From: a virus
Taxonomy: Duplodnaviria > Caudoviricetes
Virus record (IMG/VR): IMGVR_UViG_3300022666_000082
Location: 1-40,864 of that record
Direction: 5' to 3' (one strand)
DNA: 40,864 bases
The notes under the pieces were generated by a model that was not told the origin of the DNA, searched no databases, and was given only the letters and a program-made list of their open reading frames with translations. Positions 1-8,004 of the stretch are shown here, piece by piece (the first letter of the stretch is position 1; every line of letters starts with the position of its first letter). Made by a program: the position numbers and the translations under genes.

Positions 1-127
1 AAAACATCATGATGGAGATCCTGAGCATCATGAAAACCGGCACATTCACCGGTAAAATGGACTTTGACCGGAGGCAGATGGCTATCCAGGTCGATCAAGG
101 CAATCGTGAGCGAAGGGTCATCAGATG
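1..127. repeat. 127-bp terminal direct repeat (copy 1); assembly overlap of a circular contig
   Basis: Identical to 40738-40864. The tape-measure ORF continues across the join to TGA at 126-128. Confidence 0.97.
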
Positions 128-1516
128 ATCTGGGTTGAGTTTTGGACAAGCACTTCCGCGCATACCGACTACGCCGATATCTTGAGCCTGGAAATCGATA
201 AGAAGAGCTGTTCAGGGGTTGGGTTTACGCAGCAAGAAGGGCGCATGGCAACACTTAGCCTTCGCCTTGATGCGTGGATAAACGAGCATATTGCCGAAGC
301 TGAGATGCTGGAAGGGGGATACCTGCCAATCTGGGGCGTGGTCAAGCGCGATAATGAGATCCTGTTTTCCGGAGCGGTCAAGGGGCCCGCAGGGGTAAAG
401 CGTCAGTCTGCCTCGGTTGACACGGTAGATATCAAGCTGCGTGACCTGATTTACGTATATATGGACTTCTGGTCTGGGCTGACGATACACGTTCTTCCGG
501 AAGATCCGTTTATTCCTAAAACAGCTGTGATCTATGCGATAAACAACGTGATTCGACCGAGGATCCCGAGCGGGATTAGGCAGTTCGGCTGCCAGATATT
601 CGATGAGTATGACTATCTGGAGTGGATGCCATACTACATTCCCGATAACGATTCTATATTGGATTGGACGAGCTTTCCCGGTCCAGAATACACAAACATC
701 CGGTTGCGATATTTCGTCATGTATGAGAGTGGCGGAACACTGTATGTCGAATACTGTCTTTATGACACGCTCCTGATCACTGCCGGAAGCCCTCCGACGG
801 TCTATGCCGACTACTATCAGCATTTGTATTGGCGGAAGTGGTCAATAAGCGGAACCACTGTTACAGATATCGCGGAGTCCGGACAGCAGTTTCAAGCTAA
901 CAATGGTGTATTGCCTGATTATAACCAGGCAACCATCGATGCGTTTATCAACGCACAGACGAAACTCACCGACGGATATCCGATCCGAGTCGATGATGAC
1001 GTGAACTATTTACGGATCAACGACATCGGCTATGTGATCAGCGGAACAGAATTCAGTTTGCAATATCATCCCAATATGATGGTGCACCCGGCAGAAGCGA
1101 AGGACGTCGAAGTTTCCGTCCTGCTGCCGGACATGCTCAAAATGCTATGCGCCTGGATAGACTCGGACGGGATGAACTGCTCGCTCATGAACCGGATGGT
1201 TCTGCCCGGATCCGCCGCATACACACTGCCCGAACCTTACCAGGTGGAGCGGACGGATGGCGGAACGGATGAAGTCAGCCTCGATTGCGGATATTTGACC
1301 GATGGTGAGCAGATTGCATCCGGAGTAGAAGCCTACTACAACCAAGAGATGAGCGCAAAGCTCCCGTATTCATTCGACTTTGAGCTCCCCCCCACTCTGG
1401 ATTATCAGATCGGGGACGTGGTAAGCTGGGAGGGATATATCCTGATGATCACAGGAGTCAACGTTGATCTTCGCAAAACAGTGGCAAGGGTCACGGCCAT
1501 GGGCGGTGCTATATGA
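125..1516 (+). CDS. Tail tip/baseplate hub-like protein
   Basis: 463-aa ORF coupled (ATGA) to the tape-measure stop; C-terminal 'YQIGDVV...ITGV' beta-barrel-like motif; synteny. Confidence 0.6.
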   Translation: MIWVEFWTSTSAHTDYADILSLEIDKKSCSGVGFTQQEGRMATLSLRLDAWINEHIAEAEMLEGGYLPIWGVVKRDNEILFSGAVKGPAGVKRQSASVDTVDIKLRDLIYVYMDFWSGLTIHVLPEDPFIPKTAVIYAINNVIRPRIPSGIRQFGCQIFDEYDYLEWMPYYIPDNDSILDWTSFPGPEYTNIRLRYFVMYESGGTLYVEYCLYDTLLITAGSPPTVYADYYQHLYWRKWSISGTTVTDIAESGQQFQANNGVLPDYNQATIDAFINAQTKLTDGYPIRVDDDVNYLRINDIGYVISGTEFSLQYHPNMMVHPAEAKDVEVSVLLPDMLKMLCAWIDSDGMNCSLMNRMVLPGSAAYTLPEPYQVERTDGGTDEVSLDCGYLTDGEQIASGVEAYYNQEMSAKLPYSFDFELPPTLDYQIGDVVSWEGYILMITGVNVDLRKTVARVTAMGGAI

Positions 1517-1953
1517 GCCCGCTATTTGGTTTCGGCGGTATCAGGATGGAAACGATGATCGACGGAGAACCCGTCAACGTCACTATTCCTAAGCGCCTGG
1601 CTTATTGCAGCCCGCCGGAGATCGAGCCGGTGGGATGGGAAGCCGTCACTATCAACGATAAAGAGCTGCAGGTCATCGATGGGTACCATTTTACGTTTAG
1701 GCTCACGGTAGAAAACGTCAGCAGCGGAGATGAGGAGCTGATAGCGCTCATGGCGAGGATCATCAACCACAGCTATGCATCCAAGGCAGCAGTTACTTTT
1801 TACCCAAAATACGTCAGTAACTCACTCGTCAACCGCTTTTGGGAAGTGATCCCGGCAAGCGACTGGGAACCTATTGATCTGAACACGAAAAGGGCGGTGG
1901 CGCAACGGATCGAGCTGACGTTAAAAACCGCAGTGCCGGTGGAGGACATATGA
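1513..1953 (+). CDS. Distal tail/minor tail protein, paralog 1
   Basis: ATGA overlap; aligns by eye with the next ORF; position in the tail module. Confidence 0.55.
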   Translation: MSPLFGFGGIRMETMIDGEPVNVTIPKRLAYCSPPEIEPVGWEAVTINDKELQVIDGYHFTFRLTVENVSSGDEELIALMARIINHSYASKAAVTFYPKYVSNSLVNRFWEVIPASDWEPIDLNTKRAVAQRIELTLKTAVPVEDI

Positions 1954-2504
1954 AGCCGATCGGCGGAATGGGCGGGGTTAAACTCGAGATTACAATCGGT
2001 GAGACCACTACGAGCGTGGTGTTCTCTCCGGACAAAGCATACATCAGGCAGGGGAACGTTAGCCCGGTGAAGAGCGAGCTTGTGACCTACAAAAAAGAAA
2101 CCATGCAGAGCGTACGTGGGCATAAGATTCAATTCACCGGGTTTTTTGAATCCGTTAACGACGATGATACATCAAAGCTGAGCACTCTTCTTGAGATCAT
2201 CCAGCTGTCGCAGAAAAACGGTGTCCCGATCACACTATGGCCGAAGCACAACGTACACGTTCCGGACTCATTTTCATATCAAGTCCTGGCAAAGGGCAAA
2301 ATCCCGGTGCGCGATATCAACGAGAAGAGAGCTGTTGCCGAGCGACTCGAGGATATCACGTTTGTAACTCAAGAGCCAGTCGCAGAGATCCAGGTATTTA
2401 CCGAGGGCAGGTATATTCCGGTGATCGGAACTCACGACGGCATGATCATCGTATTTGGCACAGATATAATCGAGATCCCGATTGAACCGGATCTCCTTCC
2501 ATAA
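1950..2504 (+). CDS. Distal tail/minor tail protein, paralog 2
   Basis: ATGA overlap; shares P..G.GG, E.VT, T..PK and D.N.KRAVA.R.E with 1513-1953. Confidence 0.55.
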   Translation: MKPIGGMGGVKLEITIGETTTSVVFSPDKAYIRQGNVSPVKSELVTYKKETMQSVRGHKIQFTGFFESVNDDDTSKLSTLLEIIQLSQKNGVPITLWPKHNVHVPDSFSYQVLAKGKIPVRDINEKRAVAERLEDITFVTQEPVAEIQVFTEGRYIPVIGTHDGMIIVFGTDIIEIPIEPDLLP

Positions 2505-2533
2505 ATCCATATTTACACAAATAAGGCGGTAGC

Positions 2534-5500
2534 ATGACAGACCAGTACATCACGATAGCAATCGATCAGATTACGGAGCAGACTAGTCCTCCGGATGAGA
2601 ACTATGCGGTTTTGCTCTATAAACTGAGCTCACCACAGGCGACGCGACGTGCGTCATTTACGAATACCAGATCATGGATCCTTGAGAATGACGTCATTGC
2701 AACTGCGATGCTGCAGAGCAAAGCCGTTACCCGGGCAAAAATCGATGATGGCGCTATCGGTAGTGACCAGATCGAGGACAAGGCTGTCACGTGGGAAAAG
2801 CTCGATGATGGAGCTGTCGATGACGTTAAACTGGCTGATGACGCGGTCACAACATCTAAAATTGCAAGCGGTGCAGTCACAGCTGACAAGATCGCTGCAG
2901 ATGCGATGTCCAACAAGGTCGGCGAGTATCTGGGGATAGTTCGGGGTAAAAACCTATTCAACAAAGCGGACGTGATCATCAATAAATATGTCGATGCCGT
3001 CGGGGTGCTTACCACTACCGCCAGCGCCTACTACGTAAGCGGGCACATTCCCGTGACTGCCGGCAATCAACTGGTGTTTAGCCACGTCTATGACTCCGGA
3101 CTGGTTTATCTGGCGTTTTATGCCGCCAACGGGGCGTTTGTCAGCGGTAGTTCGATATCACTGCATGCATTGATCGTTGCATCTAAACAGCTCACTGTTC
3201 CGGCTAATGCGGTGACGATGAGGATCACCACTGTGGCAGCTCATCTGGACGTGCTGCAGATCGAAATAGGAACAGTGTCGACCGCTTATGAAGCGTGGTT
3301 CGAGGGGCTTTCGGCGGAGAAGTTCGCGCCTAAGCAGATCTCCGGTGAGCAGATTGCGGATTTGGGGATTGGAACGGGGCAAATAGCCAATGATGCTGTG
3401 ATTACGGCCAAGATTGCGGATGAAGCGGTAACCGGGGACAAGCTGCATCCGGATGCCTTGTCCGGAGTGTTGGCTACTGCCGGGCTCTATCCTTATGAAG
3501 CCTTCAATATAGACGATTTGTCACTGCGGCCTTTGACGAATTTATCCTGGAATAAATTCCTAGGATCTCTCTACAAGGTACCGGCGTTGACCACTGTTCT
3601 TATTCAGAGGATTTCTGGACGGCTATTCTATGCCGGAGGAGTTGCTCCTACTACCTATTATATAGTGGTAGGCACATGGGTAAAAACAGCGGCTTCGACA
3701 GCTACGCTTACGAAGTTGGGCGAGGTCGAACTCACCTGGACGGTTGGCGCGACGTATGTGGATTTCGTGGCTGACTTTAGCGCAATGAATATATTGCTCA
3801 GTGCCGGGACGAAGTTTTTCGTCGGCATTCGGAACGACAACGGAGACAATACTGGCAAATACATCAAACCGTTTTTGCAGTACCGGGTGAATGGGTATCA
3901 GAATGCGCCGACGATCGGTACCGGTGAACTGCCGACTTTCTCCGGATCTGACTCGAATGTGGTGTTTTTGCAGACTGCGTTTTCGGGGTCATCAGCGGCT
4001 TGCGGGACGTATGGCGCGACCGATACTTATATGCCGAAGTTTAGTGTTGAGGTGCTGCGTAAGGTCGATGACACAGGCTACGGAACGCTGAAGAGCCGGA
4101 TCACCCGGACATTTAACCTAAGCTCCGTTATCAAATGCGGACGGGGGTTGACTGAGGATTCCGCGAGGTATGCACCGACTAAGGTCTGGCATACGTCCGG
4201 AGCGGTCAAGACCCTGCTCCGATATTTCGTAGTTCCAACGGGCCAGACGCTCAATATCAAGCGGATCTGCGGTCGGCTCAAAAAGTATCAGAATACGCCT
4301 ACCGCGGTCTATGTGCATTATGGTAAGTGGAACCTGGCAACGGCAAAGCCGCTAACGGGCAAAAACGTCAACATTACCAGCCAGATCCTTGGGACTGCAT
4401 TCGAAGCCGGGACAGCTATCGACTGGACGGTGACGGTTCCGGATGCGGACGTCCTCGAGCTCGTCGCAGGGGACTATTTCTACGTGGCTGTGTCTGCGGA
4501 TCAGCCCGTGACGAATCAGCAGGATGGCTCATGGAACTATGGGGCTTGGGACGCCGGGCTGAACGATGGCGCGACTAAGTCATGCAGGAATGGAACGGTG
4601 TTTTACTCCGGCAATCGGGACACGGACGGATCGAGCCTGTTCTCTACATCGAACTCTACAGCGCCTTATTATGGTCTGGATGTTGAGATCTACCATGGTG
4701 AGGCTGATTATAAGGTCAATAGCGGGATCCTGATGGAACTCATCGTTGACCTGGCTAAGCGGTTGACTACGGTCGAATCAGCGACTACTACACTCAACGA
4801 GGTCTATCTTCCTGATCGGTTTTACGCGATTGCGGATGATAAACGTCCGAATGATGGTGGGGCATGCGCCCTGGAGATATTCCACGAGTCGATCGGGATC
4901 CCGCTCCTGGCTCATGAGTTTATAGTCGATACAGGCAGCTACGCATCATCCACGGGAGGCGCGAACGTCTATACCCGGAGGGATATGCGGAAGAACGCGT
5001 ATACGCCTCCGCTGGTCTCCCCTGCTCCTACTACCAAGGCAGGATGCATCAAGACCGGGACAGTGAAGTTTACCAAGGGACTGTTCTCCTCTAATCGTTA
5101 CGAGGTGCCGATCACAATCACGGATCGTACTATCCTTAAAAAGGGCTATATCGGGAATAATCCAGGGGTTTTATACCTGGGTGATTCGATATCTTGGGAA
5201 GGGGTCGTATTCGAGAAGCTGAAGGCTAAACTCGACTATCTTGTGGCGGCCTTGGCAGCCGGAGATCGACCGGGGATTGAGATGCTGGGTTATCGGATCC
5301 GCAACGGTGGGACGATTCCAACTGAGTGCCTTGGGTCTTACTCAATCCGAACTTACATGAGCTATACACGCGGGCTGACGGCTACCTGCACTACCTCTGA
5401 TGCTTCAAACCCATCGGCGGTGACGTGGTACCGGGCGAATGGTGAGTCGTTTACGTTTACCTATAAATCCGGGACGAATGGATCCGGAGGGGTGTTTACG

Positions 5501-6226
5501 ATTATGCCTGTCGATTGGGATACGCCAATCCCGAATGGACTGCAACTGCAGTACCCTGCGACTAACCCGACCAAGACTATGACGCTGACGAATATTGCGG
5601 CGGCATCTTCGGCTACCGGGGCGAATGACTCGATTCATCAAAATGGATTCTTGTTCGCACCTGACGAGACTCACCCCAATAGCCGGCTGGATTTCGATGA
5701 GTGGTTCAATAGCAGGTCTAATAAGGTATCTGCTACTGCGGTAAACTACGTGACGATATTCCTTGGGTATAATGAGCGTATCCCATTGAACTATACGAAG
5801 GATGTTTATAAGACGAAGTATCAGCTCTTGCTCGATATGATCCTCAACTCAACTGCCGGGGCGAATGCGAAAATCGGATTTGTCGGGCAGTTTGGACACT
5901 ATCCGGCTGATGACTATTCCGTTCAGTATGATCGGTCGCAACGCTATCAGTATGAGGCGTTCAGAGAACTGTCGCAGATGGCGCAGTATGCGGGCAAAGT
6001 ATTTTACTCTACTGCATACCCGACCTGTGATCGGATCGAGGGATTTTACGATACCACAATCGCGGAGAACCAGTCACAGATCAGTCAGTATGATACTCGT
6101 AAGACTGGGTTCCCGATCATCTATGGCGGGTCACATGTTGATTCGTTGCATCCCAAACATGAGCCGATCAGATACCAGGCGGCGGATGCGATCGCGCGTT
6201 TATTGCTGCACATGATGAGCCAATAA
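2534..6226 (+). CDS. Tail fibre/receptor-binding protein with C-terminal SGNH (GDSL-like) esterase domain
   Basis: N-terminal 10-aa AVTxxKIxxx repeats; KNLF...QIEIGTVSTAYE module typical of phage tail proteins; SGNH blocks YLGDSIS, IFLGYNE and DSLHP. Confidence 0.8.
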   Translation: MTDQYITIAIDQITEQTSPPDENYAVLLYKLSSPQATRRASFTNTRSWILENDVIATAMLQSKAVTRAKIDDGAIGSDQIEDKAVTWEKLDDGAVDDVKLADDAVTTSKIASGAVTADKIAADAMSNKVGEYLGIVRGKNLFNKADVIINKYVDAVGVLTTTASAYYVSGHIPVTAGNQLVFSHVYDSGLVYLAFYAANGAFVSGSSISLHALIVASKQLTVPANAVTMRITTVAAHLDVLQIEIGTVSTAYEAWFEGLSAEKFAPKQISGEQIADLGIGTGQIANDAVITAKIADEAVTGDKLHPDALSGVLATAGLYPYEAFNIDDLSLRPLTNLSWNKFLGSLYKVPALTTVLIQRISGRLFYAGGVAPTTYYIVVGTWVKTAASTATLTKLGEVELTWTVGATYVDFVADFSAMNILLSAGTKFFVGIRNDNGDNTGKYIKPFLQYRVNGYQNAPTIGTGELPTFSGSDSNVVFLQTAFSGSSAACGTYGATDTYMPKFSVEVLRKVDDTGYGTLKSRITRTFNLSSVIKCGRGLTEDSARYAPTKVWHTSGAVKTLLRYFVVPTGQTLNIKRICGRLKKYQNTPTAVYVHYGKWNLATAKPLTGKNVNITSQILGTAFEAGTAIDWTVTVPDADVLELVAGDYFYVAVSADQPVTNQQDGSWNYGAWDAGLNDGATKSCRNGTVFYSGNRDTDGSSLFSTSNSTAPYYGLDVEIYHGEADYKVNSGILMELIVDLAKRLTTVESATTTLNEVYLPDRFYAIADDKRPNDGGACALEIFHESIGIPLLAHEFIVDTGSYASSTGGANVYTRRDMRKNAYTPPLVSPAPTTKAGCIKTGTVKFTKGLFSSNRYEVPITITDRTILKKGYIGNNPGVLYLGDSISWEGVVFEKLKAKLDYLVAALAAGDRPGIEMLGYRIRNGGTIPTECLGSYSIRTYMSYTRGLTATCTTSDASNPSAVTWYRANGESFTFTYKSGTNGSGGVFTIMPVDWDTPIPNGLQLQYPATNPTKTMTLTNIAAASSATGANDSIHQNGFLFAPDETHPNSRLDFDEWFNSRSNKVSATAVNYVTIFLGYNERIPLNYTKDVYKTKYQLLLDMILNSTAGANAKIGFVGQFGHYPADDYSVQYDRSQRYQYEAFRELSQMAQYAGKVFYSTAYPTCDRIEGFYDTTIAENQSQISQYDTRKTGFPIIYGGSHVDSLHPKHEPIRYQAADAIARLLLHMMSQ

Positions 6227-6247
6227 TTAAGACGGCTTAAATTCCTA

Positions 6248-6275
6248 TTGACAGATTAAGTGAGGTTGATATTGT
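6248..6275 (+). promoter_or_regulatory. Sigma70-like promoter
   Basis: TTGACA-16 bp-TATTGT with TG extension. TTGACAGATTAAGT matches 13076-13089 at 13/14 positions. Confidence 0.5.
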
Positions 6276-6302
6276 GACGTCAGCCTAACGCAACGCTACT
6301 AC

Positions 6303-6342
6303 CGGGCGGATGAGCAGCAGTGTTCACCGCCCGTATTTTTTT
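6303..6342 (+). terminator. Intrinsic terminator
   Basis: CGGGCGG-a-TGAGCA/gcag/TGTTCA-CCGCCCG stem followed by T7. Confidence 0.75.
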
Positions 6343-6353
6343 GCCCCGATGAT

Positions 6354-6711
6354 CCCCCACCCTCTCCTCTCCCCCACTCCAGAGCTTTCTCTCGACATAC
6401 TCTCACGCAGAGACTCGTTTGCCGAGGGTCGGTAATTAAACGCCCATTGCATTACCAGTAAGGATAGAGAGTAGTCCGCAGGGGTGGGCGATCGGAGACA
6501 ACTTTAATTTGACATTGAATCCAAACCCAAGCACCAAGCGAACGGGTAATAGTTGGTGATTAATGGTCATACCGCTTTTTAAATGGTAGAGGAATAGGCA
6601 GCAGTTATCCATGCTGATCCGGGCGGTTATTAGGTCCATATCAGGCAGTTTCATTCCGATATTAGCTATTATCGGAATGGAGCGGATTGGTCTCATGGGA
6701 GAGGGAGGGGG
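6354..6711 (+). ncRNA. Candidate large structured non-coding RNA (about 360 nt), family unknown
   Basis: Outer helix 6354-6367/6698-6711 encloses several nested hairpins; G-U pairs mostly favour the + strand; no credible ORF. Confidence 0.4.
6652..6679. other. Candidate dif-like tyrosine-recombinase site (11-6-11)
   Basis: CATTCCGATAT-TAGCTA-TTATCGGAATG; arms are a 10/11 inverted match. Confidence 0.45.
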
Positions 6712-6895
6712 CTATGAAAACCAGACCCCCCCACCCCATACACACCCCGAGGAGCGTTTTGAGTGGTAGAGTTCGGGGAAATTCAAAGAATTTTGCATAT
6801 TTATGGAAATCCAGTTTTCCGTTTATACATAAGGCTTTATGGATGGCTTTACGTAAAAAAGTGGTAATCTTTACCACCTTTTGTCATCTTTTTTC

Positions 6896-6925
6896 TTGAC
6901 AGATAGTCTGACAAGATTATATTGT
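6896..6925 (+). promoter_or_regulatory. Promoter of the early/plasmid-maintenance operon, overlapped by an imperfect palindrome
   Basis: TTGACA-16 bp-TATATT; CTTGACAGATAGTCTGACAAG dyad at 6895-6915; GGAGG RBS before 6993. Confidence 0.65.
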
Positions 6926-6992
6926 GCACCATATAGAGTGACTCATTATTCAGCCCGCAGTTGGGACAAGCTAACGGGGCACGGAGGTAATA

Positions 6993-7589
6993 ATGAACTC
7001 TTCAAAGCAATGCAGACAGACCACTGACAAGCTCGCAAAAGCGCTCACCCAGCCGGGGACGAGTGTCGAGGAGATCTCCTCTACCCTATCCGAGAGCTAC
7101 TATCTGATGGTGACCAGGTGGACCGCAGACGGTGAGTTTGACCAAACCATCAAGATCAGGATATCGGATCACGAGCTCCCCCCTACCTATGCGAACCAGC
7201 ACGGGGCTGCCGACTATGAGATCGGAGAGAATAACGGATACAGTTCATTCGATCACATCAACTGGCATGAACTGGCTATCGCGGTTTTAACCAAGCTCGA
7301 CATGACTATCCCGGCATACATCAACGCTCTCAAGACCAAGGCGCTAGCTAAGGTCGCGGCAGACGAACGCAGACGGCAGGATGCCAATAATGCGATGATC
7401 AAGACGGTCGAGGATGCCAGACCGGTATATGAGCATTACAAGGATGCCATGAATAACTGGTTCGACAAAATCGAGGCTGAATCGGGGCAAAAGAGGCGTC
7501 AACTTCGTGGCAAGTTCAAAGATCGGTTCGGGATTCAGTACTCAACGATTCAAATAATCATAAATAACGAACGAGGTGCAAAATGCTAA
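6993..7589 (+). CDS. Hypothetical phage protein (SxSYYL...IRISDH motif)
   Basis: 198-aa ORF with a strong GGAGG RBS; first gene after the promoter. Confidence 0.8.
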   Translation: MNSSKQCRQTTDKLAKALTQPGTSVEEISSTLSESYYLMVTRWTADGEFDQTIKIRISDHELPPTYANQHGAADYEIGENNGYSSFDHINWHELAIAVLTKLDMTIPAYINALKTKALAKVAADERRRQDANNAMIKTVEDARPVYEHYKDAMNNWFDKIEAESGQKRRQLRGKFKDRFGIQYSTIQIIINNERGAKC

Positions 7590-7825
7590 CAATCAAATCA
7601 ATCGAACGGACGTCGCGGCAAATACAGTCTGTCGCTGACGCATCAACTATCTACGTTGCATTTTATAACGGAACTCCCAGGGCTGAGATAGCACACCGGG
7701 ATGGACAGTATTGGATTCGTCGATATAATCAACCTATGAGCGTCCCCTTCCGTCCATGTGGAGGAAGCAGCATGCCATCACTGCGGGCTGCGGTGCGTAG
7801 TAAAATAGAACGAGGTGACGTATAA
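7583..7825 (+). CDS. Hypothetical protein
   Basis: 80-aa ORF with GAGG RBS, overlapping both neighbours. Confidence 0.7.
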   Translation: MLTIKSIERTSRQIQSVADASTIYVAFYNGTPRAEIAHRDGQYWIRRYNQPMSVPFRPCGGSSMPSLRAAVRSKIERGDV

Positions 7826-8004
7826 TGTTACAAAGCAACGACGTCAAAAAGACATTTTCGCTGAGGGCCGACCAGGTTGAGTTTTTGGACCGGCTGAAGA
7901 AGAAGGGCATGTCCAACAGTGACGCTGTCCGGAGAGCCTTGGATGATTACATGAAGAACAATCCCTTGGAGGCGAGCAATGGCAAGCGCGGCAAAGGTAA
8001 TTGA
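7825..8004 (+). CDS. Ribbon-helix-helix (CopG-like) DNA-binding protein, 59 aa (not in ORF track)
   Basis: MLQSNDVKKTFSLRADQVEFLDRLKKKGMSNSDAVRRALDDYMKNNP...; beta strand KKTFSL plus S.S.AVR.AL..Y helix; TAATG coupling. Confidence 0.8.
   Translation: MLQSNDVKKTFSLRADQVEFLDRLKKKGMSNSDAVRRALDDYMKNNPLEASNGKRGKGN

Noticed and set aside
6389-6480. Group I intron-like words (GCAGAGACTC...TAGTCC, resembling the R and S elements of P7)
   Set aside because: Only about 12 nt lie where P4-P6 should be, P7 would be mismatched, and no gene is interrupted. Kept only as part of the unknown fold.
6652-6679. Hairpin-telomere (telRL) site of a linear N15-like prophage
   Set aside because: Both recombinases have ordinary HxxR/H/Y signatures and no protelomerase is recognisable; the palindrome is short and mismatched near its centre.
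6436-6899. ORFs 6436-6696(-), 6662-6877(-) and 6687-6899(+)
   Set aside because: No RBS or recognisable motifs; they overlap palindromes and promoter elements.
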